Assembly (NCBI GenBank): GCA_963805085.1
Contig: CAWDTA010000004.1
Coordinates: 160,001-224,000, forward strand
Source of the DNA: an uncultured Veillonellaceae bacterium
GTDB lineage: Bacteria; Bacillota; Negativicutes; JARBTT01
DNA: 64,000 nucleotides
Reading direction: 5' to 3'
The position numbers and the translations under genes are program-made. The notes below the pieces were generated by a model. That model was not told the origin of the DNA and ran no database searches. It saw nothing but the letters and a program-made list of their open reading frames with translations. Of the stretch, positions 25,234 through 33,975 are shown piece after piece. The first letter of the stretch is position 1. Every line of letters starts with the position of its first letter.

Positions 25234-25543
25234 TGAAATGGACCCTTCGTCAAGGACAATTTGAAAAAGAGCCTATGCAATATTAAGAAGATGATTTCTG
25301 TATTGAACAGGAGTCATCTTTTTTAAATTCCATTGGTATCTATAATTATTGTAGTAAATCATGTATTGCTTTATTTCATTTTTTAACTGTTCTAACGTAT
25401 CACATTTTTTTATATAAGCTTCATCTTTGAAATTACCAAAGAAAGATTCCTGTGGTGCATTATCCCAGCAATTTCCTCTCCTTGACATAGACTGACCCAA
25501 TCCAACTTTTTTAACCAATTTCTGAAATATAGGGCTGGTATAA
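25234..25543 (-). mobile_element. IS3-family 3' remnant
   Basis: QSMSRRGNCWDNAPQESFFG and YYNNYR motifs; terminal TGAAATGGACCC...GGACAA. Confidence 0.88.
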
Positions 25544-25860
25544 TCGACTAAAGCCTATCAGTTAATGTTAATAGATAAAGGCATTATCCCAAGTATGTCA
25601 CGAAAGGGGAACTATTGGGATAATGCCTTAGCCGAAAATTTCTTTAGTCATTTTAAATATGAGTGTTTACATATTCGTAAACGAGCAATAAATTCATATG
25701 AAGATGCTAAAGAAATTGTAGAAGAATATTTATATTATTATAATAATGAACGTTTTCAAGCTCGGTTAAAGGGGATGTCTCCCGTTAGTAATAGAAATCA
25801 ACATAAAAAAAAATGTTATTTTCTATATAGGGATAGTGTCCGGATTTTTGAAGCACTGCA
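25544..25860 (+). mobile_element. IS3-family 3' remnant
   Basis: SMSRKGNYWDNALAENFF and YYNNERFQARLKGMSP; probable end TGTCCGGATTTTTGAAGCACTGCA. Confidence 0.85.
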
Positions 25861-25876
25861 CAATGTCCCCTTGTCC

Positions 25877-26194
25877 CTATATCGTTTTATTTTCTGCGAA
25901 ATTATTCCAGTCGAACTTTGGATAATCCATCTTTTGGGCTTTGATTTCCTCCTCTAATGATTCCTTATATATTTTCGCATAGGTAATTTCTCTAAACTCT
26001 TCTAATGAAATTTCGTCAGCTATTTCATTGACCTGACCAACTAGCGAAAAATTATATATATTAACTGCATCTTGCCACTTGATCATCACATATTCTTTGC
26101 AATCTAAATCTGTAAGCAATTTAACTGTAAAATCAGTGTTCTCTACTTCCTTGGCAATAATCGTGTCTTTTGGTGTTCTATAGATTCTATACAT
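25877..26194 (-). CDS. Hypothetical protein (105 aa)
   Basis: GAGG RBS, plausible composition, no recognised family; bracketed by REP-like motifs. Confidence 0.65.
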   Translation of the reverse strand: MYRIYRTPKDTIIAKEVENTDFTVKLLTDLDCKEYVMIKWQDAVNIYNFSLVGQVNEIADEISLEEFREITYAKIYKESLEEEIKAQKMDYPKFDWNNFAENKTI

Positions 26195-26433
26195 TTACAG
26201 AACCTCTGTTTTCCCAAAAAACATATCTTGTCCCTTGTAAATAGAATGAACCTCTCCCCTTGGTTGTGGCGAGGAGGCTTCCTCGCCACACGCTGGTGCG
26301 ATACCTTGCCCATAGCTTTTTACTACCTTGTACTGTTACCAATTTATTTCCCCCTTCATCATTCTGCACGTGGTTTCTTCTATCCGCTGATGCAGATAGA
26401 AAAAACCAACATACAGTTTGTTTCAGGAGAAAT

Positions 26434-26699
26434 TAAAAAAGCGCATGCGTGGGTTTTCCAACCTACACATGCGCTATACTTCATCTTGATTGCATGCAGA
26501 CGCTAAGCCTCTGCCAAAACTTCAATCGTATTATACCAAGCGAACGGACTATCTCCCTTGTAATCAAGGGAAAAGCACGGTATAATAAATTGTCGTCGTA
26601 GACAGCTAGCTGTTACGTGTAGGTGCTCTTTCACCTGCTCGTGCCTGAGAGTGCTTCAACACTCTCGGGACACGGCGACTTTTTTAATTTCCACCTTAT
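26434..26699 (-). ncRNA. Putative structured leader or ncRNA ending in an intrinsic terminator
   Basis: TTGCAA-16-TATAAT promoter (26733-26706), stacked hairpins, terminator GCGCATGTGTAGGTT..AACCCACGCATGCGC followed by U6. Confidence 0.5.
26592..26685 (+). ncRNA. Putative ~95-nt cis-antisense cloverleaf RNA
   Basis: TTGTAA-17-TATAAT (26558-26586); 5' GTCGTCGT pairs with 3' ACGGCGAC, followed by U6; three internal hairpins. Confidence 0.6.
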
Positions 26700-26861
26700 T
26701 CCTTAATTATATTACATTTCTTAGCGATTGCAAGTAAAAGTAAAGTGAAATATGACTTTTTATCGCAAAAATCATGTTTTTTTATTGTATTCTTTAAATT
26801 ATCTCCAACGATGAGGGGACGGAATGCAGTTGTCTTGCTATTGTATAAAATATAAGCAATA

Positions 26862-27070
26862 CAGATAAATTGACATAAGAAAATCTTCCAATCAAGGCAT
26901 CACAGACGAATCTTACTATAATGTAGCTTTGAAGGCTTTCTGTTTGACCGAAGGGAGTTTAGCCTTCATTGCGGTCTTGGAATTAGCACTCACCTATGAT
27001 TCGTCTTTTGCGGACTTGCAGTTTTTCGTTGCAACTTATCTGTTTTTTTCAGCATAAAACTTTTATCTCT
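26862..27070. repeat. Dispersed ~200-bp palindromic repeat, copy 1
   Basis: Colinear similarity to 36980-37188 (AGACGAATCTTA, TAGCTTTGAAGGCTTT, TGTTTGACCG.A.GGAGTTTA, GTCTTTTGC). Confidence 0.85.
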
Positions 27071-27088
27071 TTCGATAATCTAAACTCT

Positions 27089-28315
27089 TCACTCAGCAAA
27101 ATTCCCATTTTTAAAAACAGCAACTTCTTTCCCCTCATAGGTCACACCAATGATATCAAGATCTTCTGTCCCAATCATAAAATCTTCATGAATCAGTGAA
27201 TCATTTACACCAGCTTTTCCCAACTCGGCTGGTGACATCGTATCGCCGTTTTTGATACAAACTGGATACGCTTTACCGAATGCCAAATGGCAAGATGCAT
27301 TTTCATCAAATAAGGTATTATAAAACAAGATATTTAAATTAGAAATTGGCGAATCATATGGTACAAGGGCAACCTCACCTAAATAACTTGCACTATCATC
27401 AGCTTCCAGAAGCTTTTGTAAAATCGCCTGCCCTTTTTTCGCCGAATATTCAACGACTTTACCATCTTTAAACTTAAGCTTAAAGTTCTCAATCAGATTT
27501 CCATGATAGTTCAATGGTTTTGAACTCACGACGGTACCGTTAACGCCATTACGTTTTGGCATACTAAAAACTTCTTCAGTCGGCATATTGGCAATGAATT
27601 CTCTACCTTCTGGTGTATACTCTGCGCCACTAAGCCAAATATGACCTTCCGGTAATTCCACCGTCAAATCTGTACCAATGCTATTTTTATATTTTAAATA
27701 TTTAAAATTATAATCATTCATTCTATCTTTACTTTTCTTCAATGCTGCTTGATGCTTTACCCAGGCTTCCACTGGATCACCTTCGCCCACGCGAACTGTT
27801 TGTAAGATAGCCTGCCAAAGTTTATCCACCGCTACTTCTACACTATCGTTCGGGAATATCTTTTGTGCCCAAGCCTTAGTCGGAATAGACACTACGCACC
27901 AAGTATTTTTATTGCTCATCATCCGTTCACGATATTCTTTTAACGCATTCCCACTCACTTTTTGGGCACGAGCAATCCGATCGGGATTTACATCCTTTAA
28001 AATTTCTGGATCAGATGCTGCAATCGAAACAAACGCTGCATCTTGTCTTGCATAACCTAGATAAAATTCTTTACGCCACTCTGGAAACTCATCAAAAACT
28101 TCTTCTGCTGCTTTGTTAAAACGAATTTTATTTAATATTTCATCATTCCAATTCACAACGACATCTTTTGCTCCCGCATCATAAGCAGCCTCCGCCACCC
28201 GACGCGCAAAATCAGCGCATTCAATTGGTGAATTGATTACAAGAATTTGATTTTTTTGAATATTAACCCCTGTTTTCACTATTAATTTTGCGTATTTTTC
28301 CAATTTTTCGTTCAC
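27089..28315 (-). CDS. pepS: M29 aminopeptidase (PepS/AmpS)
   Basis: ANMPTEEVF, YLGEVALV, FDENASCHLAFG and HEDFMIG motifs. Confidence 0.93.
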   Translation of the reverse strand: MNEKLEKYAKLIVKTGVNIQKNQILVINSPIECADFARRVAEAAYDAGAKDVVVNWNDEILNKIRFNKAAEEVFDEFPEWRKEFYLGYARQDAAFVSIAASDPEILKDVNPDRIARAQKVSGNALKEYRERMMSNKNTWCVVSIPTKAWAQKIFPNDSVEVAVDKLWQAILQTVRVGEGDPVEAWVKHQAALKKSKDRMNDYNFKYLKYKNSIGTDLTVELPEGHIWLSGAEYTPEGREFIANMPTEEVFSMPKRNGVNGTVVSSKPLNYHGNLIENFKLKFKDGKVVEYSAKKGQAILQKLLEADDSASYLGEVALVPYDSPISNLNILFYNTLFDENASCHLAFGKAYPVCIKNGDTMSPAELGKAGVNDSLIHEDFMIGTEDLDIIGVTYEGKEVAVFKNGNFAE

Positions 28316-28644
28316 TACGAATTCCTCCTAGCATCAAACTTCTATATAATATAACACAAATACCAATAAATGATACTTCACCTGCATTTATTCTATACTT
28401 AGATATAAAGTTTTGCAACCACATGGAGAAATAAGCAGTTCGAACCTTTTTCAATTCTATACAAACAATTTCCTTACAAAAAATATCCGCGCAAGAGTGC
28501 AACACGGTTTATTCGTTGCCTCATGAGCGGATATCTTACTCTACCTCCCATGTATTTTTAATATTATTTGTAACTTTACTACAATTATATTAAAATGATA
28601 AGAATATACTGTAATGAATCATCAAGATAAAGGACTGATACTAT

Positions 28645-29808
28645 ATGATTGATATCTATAAATTAGCACAAAAACATCATGATTGGGCAGTAAGTTTACG
28701 TCGTTATTTCCATACCCACCCGGAAATCAGCGACAAGGAATACAATACCCAAAAACACATTATTCAAGAGCTAAAAAAAATTGGTTTACAACCAGAGGTC
28801 AAAGCCACCACTGGAGTTATCGCCGAATTAAAAGGCGCGCTTCCTGGCAAGACCATTGCGATTCGCGCTGATATTGACGCTTTGCCAATCATCGATGAAT
28901 GCAATACCGAGTACCAATCACAAAATCATGGTGCTTGCCACGCTTGCGGTCATGATGGTCATATGGCAATACTGCTCGGTACGATAAAAATGCTCGTTGA
29001 AATGAAAGCAAAACTCGCCGGTACCTATCGTTTTATCTTTCAACCCAACGAAGAAGAGTTCCCTAGCGGTGCTGCGGCAATGATCGCAGCTGGCGCCTTG
29101 AAAAATGTCGATGCGATTATCGGCGCACATATTTGGCAACCAGTTCCATTTGGCACTATCGGCATTTCCTACGGTAATTTGATGGCAGCGCCAGATAAAT
29201 TTAAACTCACGATCAAAGGAAAAGGCGGTCATGGTTCCATGCCCCATCAAACCGTTGATCCAATTTTAATCGCCGCCCAAACCGTTATCGCCCTTAATAC
29301 CATCGTCAGCCGCAACATTGATCCCCTTGGGCTAGCGGTCGTATCTGTCGGCGCTATTCATGCTGGCAATGTATTTAACATCATTCCAGAAACAGCAATG
29401 GTCGAAGGCACTGTTCGCACCTTCGACCAAAAAATCCGTGAACATGTATTTGCGCGCATTGATGAAATCAGCAAAGGCATGTGCCTCGCAAACAATGCGA
29501 CCTACCATTTGGAAACTTTAATGGGGCATCCTGCGATTGTAAACCACGAAAGTTATGCAAAGGTCATTGAAGCAACCGTTGCCGAGTGTGGCAGCGATAT
29601 AAAAGCAGAGATAATTCCACCAGTGATGTGCGGTGAAGATTTTTCCTATTACCTCCAAGAAGTGCCTGGCGCATTTTTCTTTATCGGCACAGGTACAGAC
29701 ACCATCACCTATCCACATCACCATCCAAAATTTGATATCAACGAAACCTGCATCCTCCACGGCATGGAACTCATGACCAGAAGTGCAATTGCCTTAGCAA
29801 CCAAATAG
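28645..29808 (+). CDS. M20 amidohydrolase
   Basis: RADIDAL, HACGHDGH, FQPNEE, GEDFS and HHHPKF motifs. Confidence 0.94.
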   Translation: MIDIYKLAQKHHDWAVSLRRYFHTHPEISDKEYNTQKHIIQELKKIGLQPEVKATTGVIAELKGALPGKTIAIRADIDALPIIDECNTEYQSQNHGACHACGHDGHMAILLGTIKMLVEMKAKLAGTYRFIFQPNEEEFPSGAAAMIAAGALKNVDAIIGAHIWQPVPFGTIGISYGNLMAAPDKFKLTIKGKGGHGSMPHQTVDPILIAAQTVIALNTIVSRNIDPLGLAVVSVGAIHAGNVFNIIPETAMVEGTVRTFDQKIREHVFARIDEISKGMCLANNATYHLETLMGHPAIVNHESYAKVIEATVAECGSDIKAEIIPPVMCGEDFSYYLQEVPGAFFFIGTGTDTITYPHHHPKFDINETCILHGMELMTRSAIALATK

Positions 29809-29809
29809 T

Positions 29810-30265
29810 CTATCTCACTACTTCATCTAACGCCCATAAAACAATACCTAAATTTACAGCTTCATTTCTCATATCGCGATATATGTTGTCAACGTCTCGG
29901 TCGACTTTACGCCAATAAACATCATATTTACGAGCGATGGATTTATAGCTTTTACCGCTTAATTTCATGCGTAAAACATCTTCCGTACTCAAACGACCAC
30001 TTACATCAGCAATTTTTTCCGCTGTGATAAGATCACGTAATGTTAAATTATTTTCGCGTAAAAATTTCATATGATACTCTTCAACATGAACACGATCCAT
30101 AACAATACGATCACGACGATGTTCATATCTACTATCATGTCTTTTGTCGTATCTATCGTGTTGTTCATGATTATTATGTTCCGCAAAACCTGTTACTGGG
30201 ACAGCCGCTACGCTAAAACAAGTCATCATACCCCATACGACTATTTTCTTTGTAATTTTTTTCAT
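29810..30265 (-). CDS. Secreted hypothetical protein with His/Arg/Asp-rich N-terminus
   Basis: Signal peptide starting MKKITKK at 30265, then HNNHEQHDRYDKRHDSRYEHRRD. Confidence 0.7.
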   Translation of the reverse strand: MKKITKKIVVWGMMTCFSVAAVPVTGFAEHNNHEQHDRYDKRHDSRYEHRRDRIVMDRVHVEEYHMKFLRENNLTLRDLITAEKIADVSGRLSTEDVLRMKLSGKSYKSIARKYDVYWRKVDRDVDNIYRDMRNEAVNLGIVLWALDEVVR

Positions 30266-30420
30266 TCTAAAACCTGCTTTCGTTCTTATTACGTACTTAT
30301 TATGTAGCGCTAGCACGCTTTTATTATAACTGTCTGGTCAGTCAATAACTATCGGTAAATGTTACCACAGAGAACAATAGCAGTAAGATCAAAGTTACTT
30401 ACTCTGATCTTACTGCTATT

Positions 30421-32148
30421 TTAGGTTCCTTTATGCATGGTCCAACCACCCAGTCCATCTAGCACTAACTTGCAATTATGATAATCAGCGATACTTTTAC
30501 GATGCCCAACACTTACGATGACAGTGTTGGGCATTTTTTTGATCACTAAGCTATACATTAAAGTTTGATTGTCATCATCAAGTGCCGAAGTTGCTTCATC
30601 TAAAAATAACCACTCTGGTTGTTGGAGTAATATGCGAACAAAGGCAATCCGTTGTTGTTCTCCTAGTGAAAGAAATTTGCCCCAGTCCCCGACTTCTTCT
30701 AAACGCGCGGCAAGATAACTAATACGACAAAGTGTTAACGTTTCGACCAATTCTTTATCACTTACTGTATAGTTTAGATAAGGATAGATAAGTGCTTTAC
30801 GCAAAGTATCAATCGGCATATAGGGCTTTTGCGGCACAAATAAGCTTTGCTCACTTTGCGGAGCTATAATATTTCCCTTCGCATAAATCCATAATCCTGC
30901 TAGGGTACGGATCAAGGTACTTTTTCCACAACCAGACGGTCCTGTAATCAACAAACGACTCCCCGCTTGCAAAGTAAAATTTAAATTTTTGATCAATACT
31001 TGCCCATCTGGTTTTTCTACTACAACTTGCTGCAGTGCTAAGCTACGGTTAGCATTACTCCGGTCGGGACCTTGTAATACGTTTTTTTCACCTTGTTTCT
31101 CTGCAAACTCCATACAAACAATAAAATTATTGAGTCGATTGACAACAGCACGCCACTGAGCAACACGTGTAAAACTATCAATAATAAACGACATTCCTGA
31201 TTGCACATGATTGAAGGCATCAATAATCTGAAACATATGACCAAGGGTAATCCTCCCACTAAAATACCGTGGTGAAGCAACAAAAATTGCAAAAATCACT
31301 GCCGCATGCGCATAACCAGTCGTTAACCATACCAACTTTTTACGAATCTGAATAATTTCTTTGAAGTTATAGACAAGATATTGAAAATGCTTTAGACAAT
31401 TAAAACGCTCTGCACTTTCTCCACCGTATAAAGCAATACTTTCCGCATATTCACGTACCCGAACCAGACTATAACGAAAATCCGCTTCATATTTTTGTTG
31501 GTCGTAATCTAGTTTGATTAATGGTGTCCCAATCTTCACCGTAAAATAAGTCCCAATCATCGCATAAAAAAGTGCCGCCCAAACGAGATAGCCATAAACC
31601 GGAAACTGTATCGTTCCGATGGAAACCGTAATAATCTCTGAAATATTCCACAAAATGACGATAAAAGAGCACACCGTTAAAACGTCCTGCATACATTCTA
31701 AGGACAAGCGCAAAGTTAACGCCACAAATAAATCTACATCCTCACTAATTCGTTGATCTGGATTATCCGCATCATGCCCACCATAAAGCTGTAAGCGATA
31801 ATAAATTTTATGTTTTAGCCAGTACGATAGGTATTTATCGGTGAGCCACTGCCGCCAATTGATATGAAGTAGTAGCCGAAAATAAGTTTGACTACCTTTC
31901 ACTGCAACCAAAATCACAGCAAGGAGCGCATAAAAACCAATTGCTTCAATAAAGCCAGCTTGATTATGGGATTGAATGATATTATAAAAAGTTGCCTGCC
32001 ATAAATTAATTTGTACGGTAATGTATACCAATAGCAAATTAAAACAAACAACCAACAATAACAAGCTCCATGCCGTCCATTTTTGCTTGGAAAACAAATA
32101 GTCCCTACCTAATCGCCAAGCACTTCTTAAGACTACACCCCGTCGCAA
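30421..32148 (-). CDS. ABC transporter, fused permease/ATPase (YddA/BacA-like)
   Basis: DNPDQRISED, EADFRYSL, GPSGCGKS, LSLGEQQR and LDEATSALD motifs. Confidence 0.93.
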   Translation of the reverse strand: MRRGVVLRSAWRLGRDYLFSKQKWTAWSLLLLVVCFNLLLVYITVQINLWQATFYNIIQSHNQAGFIEAIGFYALLAVILVAVKGSQTYFRLLLHINWRQWLTDKYLSYWLKHKIYYRLQLYGGHDADNPDQRISEDVDLFVALTLRLSLECMQDVLTVCSFIVILWNISEIITVSIGTIQFPVYGYLVWAALFYAMIGTYFTVKIGTPLIKLDYDQQKYEADFRYSLVRVREYAESIALYGGESAERFNCLKHFQYLVYNFKEIIQIRKKLVWLTTGYAHAAVIFAIFVASPRYFSGRITLGHMFQIIDAFNHVQSGMSFIIDSFTRVAQWRAVVNRLNNFIVCMEFAEKQGEKNVLQGPDRSNANRSLALQQVVVEKPDGQVLIKNLNFTLQAGSRLLITGPSGCGKSTLIRTLAGLWIYAKGNIIAPQSEQSLFVPQKPYMPIDTLRKALIYPYLNYTVSDKELVETLTLCRISYLAARLEEVGDWGKFLSLGEQQRIAFVRILLQQPEWLFLDEATSALDDDNQTLMYSLVIKKMPNTVIVSVGHRKSIADYHNCKLVLDGLGGWTMHKGT

Positions 32149-32260
32149 AACCTATCACCTCTATACGTTATATTTCCATTTATTGATCGACATGACAAAA
32201 ATTATTTTCAACGATAAAAAGAGGATTTAACTGCTTTTATCCCTAATTTTAAAATTAGAT

Positions 32261-32362
32261 AGCAGAGTAAATATTTGTGCGTTAAGTGTCAGATGAACGG
32301 GGAGTTGTCACTGAACGAAAAACTACGTTGGTAGTTTGCGGTACAAGTATTGCATCCCGCTG
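32261..32362 (+). promoter_or_regulatory. THF riboswitch
   Basis: GCAGAGTA...TGCGTTAAGTG...GAACGGGGAGTTG...ACGAAAA...TTTGCGGTA...GCATCCCGCTG matches the THF aptamer pattern; lies upstream of folT. Confidence 0.92.
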
Positions 32363-32424
32363 TTACATAAGAGAGAACTCCTCTATATGTAGCAACGCAA
32401 AATTATACTATGGAGGTGTCCTTA

Positions 32425-32943
32425 ATGAATTATGTTAATGTAAAAAACATTGTTTTTACAGCAATCTTTATTTCTTTAACCGTCATTTTTACGCATGTTT
32501 TTGCCATTCAAACTCCTTTTATCCGCATTAGTTTGGGATTTTTACCAGTAGCCTTGTTCGCAATGCTACTTGGTCCAATAAAAGGTGCTTGTATGGCAGC
32601 GCTCTCCGATCTTCTCGGGTGCTTGGTTTTTTCTCCCGGCTTATACTTTCCGGGATTTACCGTAAGTTCTTTTCTCACTGGTTTGATTTATGGTTATTTT
32701 TTCTATCACAAAAAAATAACCTTACAAAAAATCATCTTTGTTAACATCATTATATTTATATTAATCGATTTATTTTTAAATACCTTATGGCTATGTACCT
32801 TATATCAAAAAGCCGCACAAGCTTTCTTCATCAGTAGGCTCATCAAAGGCTTAATCCTTTTGCCAATTCAAATTACTATACTTTATACTGTTTATAAAGC
32901 AATATACCATCACAAAATTTCCGGTCTGATCCATATGAAATAA
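32425..32943 (+). CDS. folT: ECF folate transporter S component
   Basis: RISLGFLP, YFPGFT and LNTLWL motifs; THF riboswitch upstream. Confidence 0.92.
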   Translation: MNYVNVKNIVFTAIFISLTVIFTHVFAIQTPFIRISLGFLPVALFAMLLGPIKGACMAALSDLLGCLVFSPGLYFPGFTVSSFLTGLIYGYFFYHKKITLQKIIFVNIIIFILIDLFLNTLWLCTLYQKAAQAFFISRLIKGLILLPIQITILYTVYKAIYHHKISGLIHMK

Positions 32944-33011
32944 TATCTTTCCAACTCCCCCTAGATATCTTTTAAATTCTTAATCAAAATAAATACAAAG
33001 GAGAAAAGAGT

Positions 33012-33884
33012 ATGGCAAATTTCAGAGAAACTTTTTATCACAAATCATCTTTAAAAAATTTTTCTAAAGATGATATCGTCAAGGGTACTGTCATCAAAAT
33101 AAATCCCGCTTTAATCACTATTTTAGATACTATAGGTAAGCTTGAAAACATTGCCTATACCCAACAAAAAATACTCAATATTGTAAAAGATTTAATTCGT
33201 CATGGGAACATTCACACCTTACATATTGATATTAACTTTGCAGATTACCAACATTTCGGCATTCATCCACCCAGCATTAATTCTCATATTTTCACACCTG
33301 AATTTTTAGAAAAGCTTTATGAACTAGCGACTCCCCATAGTGTATTACTTAATGTACATTTGCTTACCAATCATATTGAAGAACATCTTTTAGCGATGAA
33401 GCACATAAGACTAGGTGCTGTTTGCTTTCAATTAGAAGTTATTAATACTCACAATAAATTAGCGAAAATAATTGACTTAATCTCTTCTATTGGTGCTTGT
33501 GTCAGCCCTGTCATTGAAACCATAGGCAGTGAAAATTTCAATCCACCAACGAAAGAAGATATCTTACAATTTCTTTCTCCTTTTTTTAACAAAATAGGAA
33601 TGCTAACTTTCCAATTACTAGCAACAGGCGCACGATCTAGCCACATTACGGACCAACACTTCGATAAAAATTCTATAGAATACATCAATTTTATTGGTAA
33701 GCAATTCCCTGGAACAATCCAAATTCAAGGTGGTATTACCACCAAAACAATTGGTACAGCAATAAATTTAGGTAGTGAATTTTTCGTATGTGGCACAGAA
33801 ATTTTTAATAATAAGGAAGGTTATTCCCCACACGAAGTCGTTGGTCAATTATTGGCAGCATCTCACCAAGCCTTAATAAAATAA
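33012..33884 (+). CDS. Divergent ribulose-phosphate 3-epimerase-like TIM-barrel protein
   Basis: KINPAL, LHIDI, LNVHLL, IQIQGGI and VCGTEIF map onto the RPE motifs; strong AAGGAG RBS. Confidence 0.75.
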   Translation: MANFRETFYHKSSLKNFSKDDIVKGTVIKINPALITILDTIGKLENIAYTQQKILNIVKDLIRHGNIHTLHIDINFADYQHFGIHPPSINSHIFTPEFLEKLYELATPHSVLLNVHLLTNHIEEHLLAMKHIRLGAVCFQLEVINTHNKLAKIIDLISSIGACVSPVIETIGSENFNPPTKEDILQFLSPFFNKIGMLTFQLLATGARSSHITDQHFDKNSIEYINFIGKQFPGTIQIQGGITTKTIGTAINLGSEFFVCGTEIFNNKEGYSPHEVVGQLLAASHQALIK

Positions 33885-33900
33885 AATATGCTACAATTAT

Positions 33901-33938
33901 AAAAACAGCTGTTAGCAAAATGCTAACAGCTGTTTTTT
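33901..33938. terminator. Bidirectional terminator
   Basis: AAAAACAGCTGTTAGCA-AAA-TGCTAACAGCTGTTTTT between convergent genes. Confidence 0.85.
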
Positions 33939-33975
33939 GGGGTTTATATCTATGTGATTTTATGGAAAAGCAATA

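Noticed and set aside
26187-26369. 60-aa ORF as a full gene
   Set aside because: It runs through a hairpin and REP-like repeats; at most a short N-terminal remnant.
26540-26560. GAGATAGTCC on the minus strand, resembling group I intron P7
   Set aside because: No other core elements and no interrupted host gene.
26503-26634. 43-codon minus-strand frame ending ..IEVLAEA, resembling a tmRNA tag
   Set aside because: No tRNA-like acceptor ends, no clear RBS, and not hydrophobic like a type I toxin.
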